Source: Elsinoe ampelina (Eukaryota). Taken from it: a stretch of DNA of 40,621 nt. The stretch spans positions 1-40,621 of the forward strand of contig ML992538.1 in NCBI GenBank assembly GCA_010093995.1, read 5' to 3'. Under the pieces are notes generated by a model that saw only the letters and a program-made list of their open reading frames with translations, did no database searches and had not been told where the DNA came from. Each line of letters starts with the position of its first letter. Positions within the stretch are counted from its first letter, which is position 1. This document shows positions 1 through 11,049 of the stretch, piece after piece. The translations under genes were made by a program, and so were the position numbers.

Positions 1-251
1 GGCCGTCACCACGCGTGTGGCCTCACTGCAGGTATTGTTCAACATGTGAAAGCAGCAAAACCACAGAGTATACATGTGATGAGGCATGGTATAGCTGCTA
101 ATCTCTTGTTGCCTACCTCAGCTGCCGCAAAATAAATATAGCTCTCTCGTTCTCTTTCTCTGAACAATCACACCTTTTCATTTCCTTCGCTTCTTCACCA
201 CCTCGTTGTCAAGACAGCGGCCATCGTATAGATCTTACAGAATCGCAGACA

Positions 252-283
252 AACCTCACAGCCAGCGAACCTCACAGCCAGCG
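252..283. repeat. Perfect 16-bp tandem duplication (AACCTCACAGCCAGCG x2) upstream of the first gene
   Basis: Read directly: 252-267 and 268-283 are identical. Confidence 0.9.
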
Positions 284-353
284 GTCGAGGTAGATCAGTC
301 CATGAACGCAGCGCCGTCTACGATCAATTGCAACGCCCATATAAGACGTAACC

Positions 354-1884
354 ATGAATCGATTCATGCAATCTTTCACAAACTCCTTCACCAACCCCTT
401 CAACTTCAATCAAGGCTTACCTCACTCCGGTATGGATCCTTCTATCATGATTAACGAGCACGGCAAGCAGTTCCGTCAAGATCCTGTCACCAGCCTCTAT
501 TCTGAGGTCGCCACTGATGAACGTCTTCCTTCATCTCCTGTTCAGCGCCACAACAACATGAACGATGTCTTCATGGGTGCACCATCTGTGATGGACATGA
601 TGGAAACGACTGGCGCACTCAACGAGCACTATGCGAGCCCAGCGTCTTTCCGACCGACCAAACGGGCACAGGTTCCCGAAGCTGACAACTTCCTTGACGC
701 CATGGAGACATCTGATACTACTTTGCAAGGTCAGACCGCAATGGGCACCGAAGCTGGAGAAAATAGAGATGAGCGTTGGACGGTCTCTAGTGTGGGAGAT
801 CTGAACGAAGAGAACCGCATCATGGAGATTGAGGACGGCGACAACGAGAACATGGCTAAGGATTCCAACGGTTGTCTCGAAGGGACCGCCAAATCGTTTG
901 ATGGAGAAGAGCGCTCGGCCGGCAATGAGTCCAGCCAGCAGGTACCGGGTCAGAGTCCGCCCGCTACGGAGCCAACGCCAACAAGTCAGCTGCTCGATGA
1001 GATCATGAGTGGCATTCTGCAGCGCGAACGGACTTCTCCAAACCACCATGTTCCACAAGGCAAGACAGCAACACCTCAAGCTCGAAACGAGAAAGCCGCC
1101 AGCCCTGTCATACCACCTCTCAGCGAGACCGGTAATGCATTCGAGCACCACGCGGACGGTGGCGAGGCTTGGATGGACCGTGCGGCAGAGGAAGGTATGG
1201 TCGACCCACAACTCACCGGCTACGGTCTGGGAGACACTGTATCCTGTTACAGTCGTTGCAGTACACCCGAAGAGCATGATGACGAGCATGGAACTCCGAT
1301 CAGCGCTCCGACACCCGCAGTGTTCGCCCCCATCAACAAGGACAAGCGTCAAGTTACAGTCGATGTGGAAGACACGAAGGGGGGTGCGAAGCCACCTCCA
1401 GCCAAGAAACGTAAGACGGAGAAGCAGATGACTGGCCCGAAGACCCAGGAATCAGTTGAGAAGGTACAGCTCAACGAGGCACAGCGTACTCACAGGCAAT
1501 TACACGAAAGAGCCAAGCTGCTCAAGCCAAACCACACTGTGTCAGACACACGTTACTGGATCGGTGTTCTCAGAGATGGTGTACCATTGGGCAAGGTCAA
1601 GGAATCCGGCGACATTATGTGGTTGAAGGGACACAAGGTGAATTGGCTCCAGTCACAATCCAGGAGTACTCACTGACATGAATCAGAGCACTTGCGTCAA
1701 GACGGTCTATCATACGTACAAGCAGCACGCCATTCCTCCTGGGGACTTCCGCCTTCAGCTTAGAGATGAGTTTCCGGAGAAGAATGACGTTATGGAAGAG
1801 CTTGACCTCTATGCCGACAGGATGATTATTTTCCGCTGCTGCGTCTTCCACCACATCATTGATGATTCGGATGAGGACGAGTAG
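354..1884 (+). CDS. Hypothetical protein (~490 aa): mostly low-complexity/acidic, basic NLS-like PPPAKKRK motif, small globular-looking C-terminus; exons 354-1637 and 1687-1884
   Basis: A 440-aa ORF joins in frame to the 1678-1884 ORF through a 49-nt intron 1638-1686 (GTGAAT...CTGAC...CAG). An AT-rich TATA-like stretch lies near 130-140. No family recognised. Confidence 0.65.
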
Positions 1885-2238
1885 TTGCACAAGGACGGCA
1901 GCTGGGCGGTAAGAACCAAGGAGACGATAGTCAGGTGGATGGTGGCGGCCTGCATACTTCCACGTTAGTCCTTGGATATGCAAGCCTGCAACGAGGCCAG
2001 ATCCTCAACGTTGAGAGATGATCAGCGGCCGGAAATTCGGTGATCAGATTGACTTCGGTCTGAAATGACTTTTACGATATTTCATTTCCAGCATAGCAGA
2101 GGCGTTCTCTCATGACAATGCCTTTCTTTCCCTAGCGTCCTCACACATAGTGTCTATTCAAACAAGGGTATTCCCACTCCTCGTCCGATCTCCCCCAATC
2201 CCCGTCTCCCTCCCCATCCCTCCTCCTCATGCACCCTA

Positions 2239-2835
2239 CTACTCCAGCCTATCCAAATGTTCCAACCTCGTCAACACAACCTGCTTACTCGTCTCCTCAA
2301 TCTCCCCCGCCAAAAACACCTCATCCAGAATCGCATACACCTTGTAGAAATTAAACACCAGATCCAACTCGCACACGTTCCCGAAGAACTGATCCAGCAC
2401 TTCGACGAAAAAGTGTATGGCCTCGAGGTAAGCGAGTTCGTTGTCGTTGGCGTCGACGCACGCGCAGAAGAAGAGGCCCGCGTACCGCCGGTAGACGATC
2501 TTGGAGGAGCCCCGGAATTCGACAAAGTTGGATTGGTGTTTTTGGTCGCGGGGGGCTACGAGGCGGTGGATCTGGAGAGTCAGGGGCCTGGGGTTGGAGG
2601 AGAAGGGAGAGGGGAGGGGAAGGGGAGGCGGACTTCGCCTTTGAGCTTGACTTTTTCTTCGTCCTGGGGAGGTCAGTCTGCAAGGGAGCAGATTGGGAAG
2701 GGGTTGGGCGTACGCTGTATGGGACGTACCACTTCGCCAGGCGGGTCTTGCCTCTGTTGCTGTTAGTGCTGCTCGCAGTCGTTGGGAGGGGGAGACCTGC
2801 TGGCGATTCTGGATCAAGATGAATGACAGGACCAT
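2239..2835 (-). CDS. APS2: AP-2 clathrin adaptor complex small (sigma) subunit, 145 aa; exons 2835-2801, 2753-2714, 2663-2634, 2571-2239
   Basis: Spliced translation [55 protein letters not shown]...[10 protein letters not shown]...[53 protein letters not shown] is the canonical AP sigma-2 sequence. Intron 1 needs a GC donor. Confidence 0.96.
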   Translation of the reverse strand: MVLSFILIQNRQQVSPSQRLRAALTATEARPAWRSGTSHTAYAQPLPNLLPCRLTSPGRRKSQAQRRSPPPLPLPSPFSSNPRPLTLQIHRLVAPRDQKHQSNFVEFRGSSKIVYRRYAGLFFCACVDANDNELAYLEAIHFFVEVLDQFFGNVCELDLVFNFYKVYAILDEVFLAGEIEETSKQVVLTRLEHLDRLE

Positions 2836-3225
2836 TGTGCTGTGACTCCGCGCCGCCGGCGCATTGGTATGCGGGTGGGAGAGGATGGAGTGTTGGACTG
2901 TGAGGTCGTCCCCGCGGAGGTGAAGGTGAATTGTGATTGGTTGCCGGGTTAGATGCTCAATCTGCGCACTTACAGCATGGCTCCTTGTCTTTCTTTCACT
3001 GCAACAATTTATTTTTTCTTGCGGATTCAGTAATCGAGATCGCAACTCCGTCTGTGATTAGAGCTCTACAGGAAACTCAATGACAGTGTAATAAGCTAGG
3101 TCACATGTCTATCCTCATCTCAGACCATGGAATGAGCAGACTTTTCCTTTGCCGCTTCACTTTTGATAGACGCAACATCAGCACTTGACGACAGCACTGC
3201 AAAATCAGGTAGTCGAGTCCTCAAG

Positions 3226-5576
3226 ATGGAGGCCTCTGTCCCAATCAATGGATGGACTACCTCGCTCGACTGTCTGGCGTGGTCACACGACAACGTTATA
3301 GCAGTGGGAGTCAGAGATGGTGTAGCTTTGCTGGTGAGGGTCGAGGCATGAAATTTAGGGCGAATGTCACTGACCAGATACAGGCTCCCCGTACAGACAC
3401 AAGCTCGGATGACGAGCCTTTCTGGAAAATTGCAAATCTCGAAGTGGGCAATTTCAGCCTCGAAGAGATCCCCACTCGTGAGCCATTACCGTGGTCATAC
3501 TTCTCCATTGGCCAGGAGATCTCTGAGCGACATGTTGTCAGCGTACAGTGGTCGCCACCCGGACTCGGAACTTTTGGAAGATGTGTACTCGCGGTTCTTT
3601 TCGCGAATCAGGTCGTGGCCATCTACGATTGTGATGGTAGATTGGAAGCCAAGGAGTCTTGGAGTCGTGTCAATCTCATCAACAAGACGCTAGAAGATGC
3701 CATACCGAACATGCAAATAGCACCTCAGCCGAGTCCACGCAGCGAACGTGCCCAACAAGAGCGTTCTCTACGCATCACTTCTTTCTGCTGGCTGCCATCT
3801 CCCGAGACACACAACGCACAAGATCCTTTGCAGGCCCGATTGTCGAAGAAAACGTATCTTCTGGCTGTCTGTGATGAGAATGCGGAACTCCGGATATTGC
3901 GAGTGCATCCGCCCCTCAATCTGATCAAGCCGGATCAGGGTCCATGGCGGACAGCGATCATCGACTCCTGCTCACTCATTCCAGTTGATCCACTGCCTGA
4001 TCCAATCAATTCATGCCTACCTTTCGGCGCTTTTGTCCCAGTGGTGGGACATGTGGATCGTGTCAGCTGCAGTCCTTGGATCTGCAAGGACGACAACACC
4101 ATTGTCGCCACCGTAGCCTACACTTATGACTCAGCGCTCTTCCTGACCACGTTCACTGCTAGTCTGGAGAATGACGAATTTCAGATTCTCTTGCGAACTA
4201 GTCCTGAGCGGGTCGGGTCCCAGTCAATTCGAAGTCCCTTGCAGTGGTTGCCGAACTCGACCGACCAGAGACAAAACACTTTGGTCTATTTCACCGACGA
4301 TGGTTGCACAAAGCTGGATATCATATGTTCCGAAGTGCCGGAGATGCGCGAGACAGTCATACACTCGTCAAGTCAACCGTGGTCACTTTTCGCTGGGCTA
4401 CAATTTATCTCTCCTCGACTGGGTCAGGTCGAAGTCTGTGCTCCTCGATCACAATCAGATTTTCAAGATGAGGAGGCTCTGCATCTTTTCCACACCGATG
4501 CCCAACCGAGAGCCTCAAGTCCGTCTTGGGCAAAGCGCATCGACAAGCTGAAACGTAGGTTCAATCGCGAACGCATCATGAACGGCAATATCAGCGTATA
4601 TGTCCACGGCTTTGCGACATCTCCTCTTGGAGACTTCTCTGCACCTTCCATATCATTCCACCCAAGGCATGGGTTGGAGTACAGCATCATCGCCAAGCAG
4701 GAAGCTAATGTGGTTATCACACGGACGCACACTGCAAGTGAAGACAGGTTCCTCATGACGGACCCGAGCATCATTGTCTCCCATGCAGTGGCTGCGGAGG
4801 TTGTATTTCAGGCTGTTGCGAGGCTCAAGAAACTCGATGCGATACCAGACGTCGGCAACATACAACAACAGGTCCTCCGGTGCATGGGCTATTACGGTGC
4901 TTCGGATGGGAATGCACCTGGTGCCCTTCCGCCGCCAGACTCCCTCAACATGGCTGTACATGAGCTGCGAACCATTCTCTTGCGCATATCATCTGCCATT
5001 CAATTGAGGTCACAGCGCATGATCGAGATTGCATTAGGGCAGCTGACGATTCCCGCGCCACCAGATCTATCCATCCTCAAATCGTTAGTGTTGTACACAG
5101 CTCACCTGCCTCAGTGGATGACGAGCGGAGGACGAATGAGCATGTGGTCAGCCAAATTACATCAGACCATTCTTGAAAAGCTCGTTGAAAGGGATAAACT
5201 CTCGAGCGGGCACCAAAATACACAGCAGACCGAACAAGAAAATGTGGAGACTTGTCACATCTGCAACGCGGGCATACCATTTGAGAGTCTAATGTGGTCT
5301 CGTTGCAACAAGGGGCATGAGTTCGCGAGATGTGGTATCTCATTCTTGTCGCTGCAAGCCACCGGAGACAGCAAGTCTTGCTGCATCTGCGGAATGCAGT
5401 ATTTGAATGAGCACAAGATTGACGATCTTCGAAAAGGGAGTATCACAAATGGCCATGCGATGGAAGATGAGCCCATGCAAGGGGCTGACGGTGTGAGATT
5501 GTCGGAACCGCTGATTCGGGTTCTGTTTGCGGCGTGCGACACCTGCATCTACTGTGGCGGCAAATTCACCGGGTGA
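3226..5576 (+). CDS. RNA polymerase III transcription factor IIIC 90-kDa/delta-type subunit (Tfc8/Sfc9/GTF3C4-like) with C-terminal zinc finger; exons 3226-3333 and 3384-5576
   Basis: N-terminal DCLAWSHD..IAV and WSPPGLG..GRCVLAVL beta-propeller-like motifs. The C-terminal Cys-rich ETCHIC...CNKGHEFARCGISFL...CCICG...CDTCIYCGGKF matches my recollection of zf-TFIIIC. Intron 3334-3383 (GTGAGG...CTGAC...CAG) restores frame. Confidence 0.8.
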
Positions 5577-5709
5577 TATGTTGCATTCCTCAATACTGGT
5601 GTTTACCTTGGGCATTCCGAATGATATTGCAGGACTTAGCTGGGATGTCATCCGGCATGGCGATAACGCAGCAACGCTCAGTATTCAGCATTCAGCGCAT
5701 GCAAAATCA

Positions 5710-7863
5710 ATGGGAGATCCAGAAGATTTCGAAGCAAATAGCTTGCGCTTCTCAAACACACCGAGAGGATCGCCAAAAGTTGTCAACGCGCAGAAGAGTC
5801 CAGTACACAGTATACGACCAGAGATGGAGCTTCACCGGGATGAGCCCCCGGCATCATACATGGACATAGATTCGTCCGACGATGAAGATCATCGCTTGAC
5901 GACAGTCCGACCAGCGGACCTGGTGCAGAAGAAGTCAGCACATCGTTCACATTTCAACACTCGAGGTGGAGGCTTGACTACGGGAGAGAACGACCAGAGA
6001 CCGTTCACAGATCCATCGCCACCAGGCTTAGAGACTGGCGGTATAACGGAGCCTTTCCCACACATACCACCTGATGACATCCACTTCAGTATGATATCTG
6101 GCATGGATAACAATCACAACAGGATCAGTCTCGGGTCGTCGTTTGATGGATCGGTTACGGAAATGCAGTTCGGCGACGATATGACGCAGCAACAACAGCC
6201 TATGAACAAGCTACGGCACAAAGGACACCTGCCGTCTGCTGTGCCGGAGCCTCAACTCGATGATGATCAGACTCCCATCCTGGCAGATGTGGACCAGAGT
6301 CAGGCAATGCTAGAAGCGCTCAAAGCGACACTCTTTGCTCTTCAGCAGCAGGGTGATCGAAAGACCATGACACCTCCGCCGCCCCAGACGAACAGGAACA
6401 GCCAACATATCACCAAACCTTCTACAGCAATGTCTATCGCGGATTCCCAGCTATCGACCAAAGCTGTACGGAAAGTATCGGTCATACCACCAGCCATCGA
6501 TGTCACCCGCACTCGCAGCTTCAAGGGCAAACCAATTCCCTCACCATATCCCATCGCTCGCAACCGCCCAATCCGCGAACAACTCGCCTCCCCTCGATCA
6601 GACTACTCCCTCCACCTCCGCGACAGCACCCTCCACCTCCGCCTACATTCCCGCCACCACAACCGCCTCGCCCAAACCACCAGCATCTCCATCCCCCCAG
6701 CCCTGGTCGCAGATTACTCAACCATCAAAACCGGCCCTTCAAAAGAAAAAGAAAAACACTTCCGCGCCCTCGACTACGACGACGCCTCCTTCGCCCTCTC
6801 CCTCCACAAAGCCTACACCACCCTCCTCCCGCTCCCCTACCGCCTCTTCGCCGCCCGCAGCCTCGTCCGCATCACCGTCTCCGGCCCAGTGAGCAGATCC
6901 GCAGACAAAACCTACGGGTGGATCCACCCCTCCCACCATCACCGACCAAGCACGAACCGCACCGTCAGCGCAAACGGGTACGAAGTCTCCGCCTCGGCCA
7001 CGGCGTCCACGCCGAGGGACAGGACTTTCTCCGCGTCTGCGTCGTCGCACGCGGGGAAGAGCCCGTCGTTCAACGAGGAGAAACTCCTCGCTCTCTACCG
7101 GCGGCCTAGGCGGGCCAAAGCGCGGTACGCATGGGTCGGGTGGGCGAGGAAGATCGCCGACGCGGAGGAAGGGGGGAGGACGCCGTTGTCTCCCGGGGCG
7201 GCGACGGCGGGAGGGGAGGTGGTGGATGCGTTGGCGGCGCGCATGGCGGGGATTATGCGGGAGTTGACCGAGGGGATCAAGGAGGTGGTGTTGAATGATA
7301 TTGCGGTGCAGCAGCAGGCGGGGTTGAGGAGTCCGGGGGAGTCGTCGAGGGGGGTGAGTGGGGCGGGGGTGTCGGTTGGGCAGGGGCAGGGAATGGGTGC
7401 TGGATTGGGAGGGGGTGTAGGGGTGGGGCATCAGAGGAGTGCGTCGGCGCGGTACTCTGGTTTCTCGCCGGTGGTGGAGGAGAGGAGTCCGGGAGTGCCG
7501 ATGACGCCGTTTAGTGTCTCGACTGCTGGGACGGGTAAGGGGAAAGGGGAGGAGGATGAGGGTGGGTTTGAGGGGTTGCAGTTTGTGCTGGGATGGGATG
7601 TGAGTAGGATGGTGGCTTTTCTCGTTGTGGTGGTGCTGTTGGCTGTTGCGGCGGCGTTGTTGTGGATCTTCCTGGGACCGAGGAGCGGTGCGGGTTTCTT
7701 GATGAGACCCGTGGTGGTGCCGGAGGGGGCCGCGGGAGGAGTCTCTGGGTTGAGAGGGGCAGGGGATAGGGTGGGTGCCGGGGTCGTCTTAGGCATATGC
7801 ACGTTGCTCGTTGGCTTGACCGGGTTTGGGGCGTGGGTTGGAGCGAGCTGGCTGATGGTTTGA
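5710..7863 (+). CDS. Fungal hypothetical protein (~717 aa): disordered N-terminus and two C-terminal transmembrane segments
   Basis: Long open frame, first plausible ATG at 5710 (MGDPEDF). Hydrophobic segments VAFLVVVVLLAVAAALLWIFLG and GVVLGICTLLVGLTGFGAWVGASWLMV follow a GLQFVLGWDV motif. Function unknown. Confidence 0.7.
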   Translation: MGDPEDFEANSLRFSNTPRGSPKVVNAQKSPVHSIRPEMELHRDEPPASYMDIDSSDDEDHRLTTVRPADLVQKKSAHRSHFNTRGGGLTTGENDQRPFTDPSPPGLETGGITEPFPHIPPDDIHFSMISGMDNNHNRISLGSSFDGSVTEMQFGDDMTQQQQPMNKLRHKGHLPSAVPEPQLDDDQTPILADVDQSQAMLEALKATLFALQQQGDRKTMTPPPPQTNRNSQHITKPSTAMSIADSQLSTKAVRKVSVIPPAIDVTRTRSFKGKPIPSPYPIARNRPIREQLASPRSDYSLHLRDSTLHLRLHSRHHNRLAQTTSISIPPALVADYSTIKTGPSKEKEKHFRALDYDDASFALSLHKAYTTLLPLPYRLFAARSLVRITVSGPVSRSADKTYGWIHPSHHHRPSTNRTVSANGYEVSASATASTPRDRTFSASASSHAGKSPSFNEEKLLALYRRPRRAKARYAWVGWARKIADAEEGGRTPLSPGAATAGGEVVDALAARMAGIMRELTEGIKEVVLNDIAVQQQAGLRSPGESSRGVSGAGVSVGQGQGMGAGLGGGVGVGHQRSASARYSGFSPVVEERSPGVPMTPFSVSTAGTGKGKGEEDEGGFEGLQFVLGWDVSRMVAFLVVVVLLAVAAALLWIFLGPRSGAGFLMRPVVVPEGAAGGVSGLRGAGDRVGAGVVLGICTLLVGLTGFGAWVGASWLMV

Positions 7864-8294
7864 TACCCCTCGAGTACAGGGCGAGTAATAATGGTAATCA
7901 TTTCATGTCTGCATGATATTTGACATGGAATCGTCTTCGATGTAGACTCCTGAAGTCCCTTTGTCCTTCCACTCCCGCTGCTAAGTAATTGTGGGGCTAA
8001 TCTCTGCGCACATGGTCATGCTTCAGTATGTGCTACACCTGCGTCCTCGAATCTGCTTTCTGAATACCCACATGTTGCAGGGGGGACTGCCCACGGGGTG
8101 TCATTCGGATGCCCCATTTTCCTGCTCTTGACCACCTTGAAGGAGGTATGGTTCACCTTTCGATCACGGCTGATGCGTGTTCCGCGCAATGTCGGTCCGT
8201 GGGCTGTAGCTCAACTAGCCGTTTGCATGTCGTGTCTAGGCTTCCTGGTCTGCACTTCGTACTACTCTTGCTCTTGTGCAACGCCAACTGCTTC

Positions 8295-9446
8295 CTACGC
8301 GCCAACTTTTGTAGTCGGCTTCCCAGCCGGAAACCTTCTCGCGCTCAATAACATGCCCTTGACACCTCTGATCTCATTCCTGAACGCCGCGACTGCATCG
8401 TCCTTCTTGTCCTCTGGGTCCTTGCTCTGCCACACTCCATATTCGACATGTCTCTGCGGCGCAAAGAACAGTCCATTTAGGTAGTCACGCAGATCTCCCA
8501 CTGAAGTTTCCAGTGATCCATTTCCTTCTCGTCCTGATACCTCGCCGTCTAGGATCTCGTCAAGATGAGAGCGGATGATGCGGAGACGTTCCTCTTGTTT
8601 CTCTGCAAGAGTTCGTGTGGCAGGATCGGGGAGGGAAGAGTCGGTGGAAGGTCGCCGGGAAAGAGAAGGAGAGGTCTGCACGCCAATGTCGCGGTGGAAG
8701 AGCTCGGTGGGGTCTGAGGTGATGCTTTCAAGATCGGAGATGTGGTCGATGGGACTGATGGTGGACTTGGGCGCTGGAACTTTGGAGACAACTCTCTCAA
8801 GCTTCTCGTTCAAGGATTGGATCTTCTCTGTCGAATGGTCCGCGAACTCGTGCCGGGCTTCTGTCAGATTCGCCGCCATGGGCTCGATGATGTACTTTGA
8901 TAAGCCGTAAAAAGTGGTTGCGAGACCTCCGGCGATGTATGCAGTGGTGAGGAGGCGACTTATTGTGACCAGTGGTGGTGGCTTCTGCGGTTTGACGAGA
9001 AATTCGGGGTAGGTGACGATGGGGGGAGACTCTCGGACAGGCGCAGGGGGCGGTGGTTGCGATGATCGGGATGCGAAATCCTTCACATCGAATTCGACCT
9101 GTCTCTCGACCATATCTGCTCTACTCTGCTGTCGCAATATCGCATCCACAGTCTTCTGATCTACACCCTTGCTGGCGAGGAACGAGCGCTTCTTGTCTTC
9201 CGGCGCATCGCGTACTGAAGGATCATCGAGAAAGCGCTTGACTTCTTCTATCGAGAACGAGGATTGTGACTGTGAGCTTGCAATGTTATCTTCCTCTTTC
9301 GACGAGCCACCGCTCTCATGCACCGTCTGCATTTCAGGTTCCTGGGGAGTGGCTGGTTCGGTAGAGCTCGCTTCCTTCTTTGCCTCGTCCTTCAAAGGTT
9401 GCTGCTGCCATGATGGTATCGATCTTGCTTTTGGATCTCCGGGCAT
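8295..9446 (-). CDS. PEX14-17: Peroxin Pex14/17 (Pex33-type docking-complex subunit of filamentous fungi), 383 aa
   Basis: Pex14_N-like segment (VKRFLDDPSVRDAPEDKKRSFLASKG), PPIVTYPEFL motif, hydrophobic segment, coiled coil and C-terminal EIRGVKGMLLSARRFP. Confidence 0.85.
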   Translation of the reverse strand: MPGDPKARSIPSWQQQPLKDEAKKEASSTEPATPQEPEMQTVHESGGSSKEEDNIASSQSQSSFSIEEVKRFLDDPSVRDAPEDKKRSFLASKGVDQKTVDAILRQQSRADMVERQVEFDVKDFASRSSQPPPPAPVRESPPIVTYPEFLVKPQKPPPLVTISRLLTTAYIAGGLATTFYGLSKYIIEPMAANLTEARHEFADHSTEKIQSLNEKLERVVSKVPAPKSTISPIDHISDLESITSDPTELFHRDIGVQTSPSLSRRPSTDSSLPDPATRTLAEKQEERLRIIRSHLDEILDGEVSGREGNGSLETSVGDLRDYLNGLFFAPQRHVEYGVWQSKDPEDKKDDAVAAFRNEIRGVKGMLLSARRFPAGKPTTKVGA

Positions 9447-9696
9447 GATTAGAGGAATGCTGCTTGCACGTGTTGGATCAGGGGAAGGATCGTTATGACA
9501 TTATTGTAGGCAAGTGAGCATCAGATGTCGGGACTGGACGTCCAAGCCGAGGCACAGCGAGTCAGCAGCTGGCTGCCGAGCTTACGAGTTTCTGTGAGTT
9601 GCGAGTCAGGGCGGGGCGACTGCTCACATCGTGCGGGGGAAGCTCCATCAAATTGTTGATTGTCCATTCGATTCACAAAACAACTCTTTTCCTACC

Positions 9697-11049
9697 ATGT
9701 CAAGTAGTGCGATACCATTCGGTTTCACCATAGCACAAATCGAACGAATTGCTGCGGAACTTAAAAGGCTCAAGGCAGAAGGACGCTTGAAGCCAAAGTT
9801 TGTATCTCGTAAAGGTTTGACTTTGAGTGGTTTGCCGAATCCATTCTTCGCTACACCTAAACTTGTCGCAGAACAGGAGGAAGAAGATCGCATCAGGGCA
9901 CAATCGACCGGAACAATGTCAAAGAAACGCAAGTCAACCGAGACGCTGTCCGAAAAGTCCAAGAAGCAGAAAGTCTCTTCTTCGGTGGACGATGCGGCCG
10001 ACGAGTCCAACCCTGGTGATAAGCACGATACCATCCCAACCGACCAGCCTACCGAGACCAGGGGAATGAAGCGTATCCCTGTGCCGGATGATCATCGTAA
10101 CCGCATCGCTATCATCGGGTGTGGTACCATTGGCGCATCCTTTGTGACTATGCATCTCCTCCGCAACCCCGACGCCACAGTTATAGTCTACGACACCCGT
10201 CCAGATATCAAGGTCTTCCTCAAGCAGCACGTCAAAGACGCTCTGAAGCTCATTGACCCGTCATGCTCCAGGCCGAATCGCCTAAGCAAGACTCTTCGCG
10301 CGCGGCTCGAATTCGCCGACTCCATCAAGGAAGCTGTCTCCCGCGTTGAGATTGTCCAAGAGCAGGGGCCCGAAAAGCCGGAGTACAAGATCAAGACCTG
10401 GGCTAAGATCGAAAAATACGCCCACCCCGCCACCCTGCTCTGGACATCGACCTCCGGCATCCCCGCCTCTGTCCAGGCTCAGAAGATGAAGAACCCGGCC
10501 CGGCTTATCGTCTGCCATCCCTTCAACCCGCCGCTCCTCATGCCTCTTATCGAAGTCGTTCCCGGTCCGGGCGCACCAAAGCGCATCATCAAATCAACCA
10601 TGAAATACTGGCGTAACGCAAAGAAGCATCCTATTCTGATCAATAAGGAAGTCCCCGGATTCGTCGCTAACCGTCTTGCCTTCGCCCTCTTACGCGAAGC
10701 AGTCTCCCTCGTCCAAGACGGCGTCATATCTGTCAAAGATCTGGACGAGCTAGTCGAGACATCCATGGGACCGAGGTGGGCCGTCGCGGGGCCATTCAGG
10801 AGCTACAACGCTGGCGGAGGAGCGGGTGGGATGGAGGCATTTCTCAAGAACATCGGTGGGACGATCAAGGAGTCTTGGAAGTATGGGGATGAGAAAGCAG
10901 TCAAGCCAGAGTCCGATGGATGGGAGGCGAGTATCGCGGAGAAGTGTAAAGAGGCTTTTGACGGGGAGGACTATGAACCGAGGAAGAAGAGGTTGAGGCG
11001 TGTGTTGGACGTGGTCGGTGATGAGGGTGAGGAGCGAGAGGGGGAGTGA
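9697..11049 (+). CDS. 3-hydroxyacyl-CoA dehydrogenase-family NAD-dependent oxidoreductase (lambda-crystallin/L-gulonate or L-carnitine dehydrogenase-like) with basic N-terminal extension; start 9697 or 9916
   Basis: Rossmann motif IAIIGCGTIG...VYD, VQEQGPE, TSTSGI, catalytic His region HPFNPPLLMPLIEVVP, and KEVPGFVANRL dimerisation motif. Confidence 0.85.
   Translation: MSSSAIPFGFTIAQIERIAAELKRLKAEGRLKPKFVSRKGLTLSGLPNPFFATPKLVAEQEEEDRIRAQSTGTMSKKRKSTETLSEKSKKQKVSSSVDDAADESNPGDKHDTIPTDQPTETRGMKRIPVPDDHRNRIAIIGCGTIGASFVTMHLLRNPDATVIVYDTRPDIKVFLKQHVKDALKLIDPSCSRPNRLSKTLRARLEFADSIKEAVSRVEIVQEQGPEKPEYKIKTWAKIEKYAHPATLLWTSTSGIPASVQAQKMKNPARLIVCHPFNPPLLMPLIEVVPGPGAPKRIIKSTMKYWRNAKKHPILINKEVPGFVANRLAFALLREAVSLVQDGVISVKDLDELVETSMGPRWAVAGPFRSYNAGGGAGGMEAFLKNIGGTIKESWKYGDEKAVKPESDGWEASIAEKCKEAFDGEDYEPRKKRLRRVLDVVGDEGEEREGE

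Noticed and set aside
531..1352. 273-aa antisense ORF to the first gene
   Set aside because: Shadow ORF of the + strand CDS with no recognisable motifs.
2239..3045. 268-aa ORF suggesting an N-terminally extended AP sigma subunit
   Set aside because: It reads through introns and the 5' region by chance; the four-exon model gives the canonical 145-aa protein.
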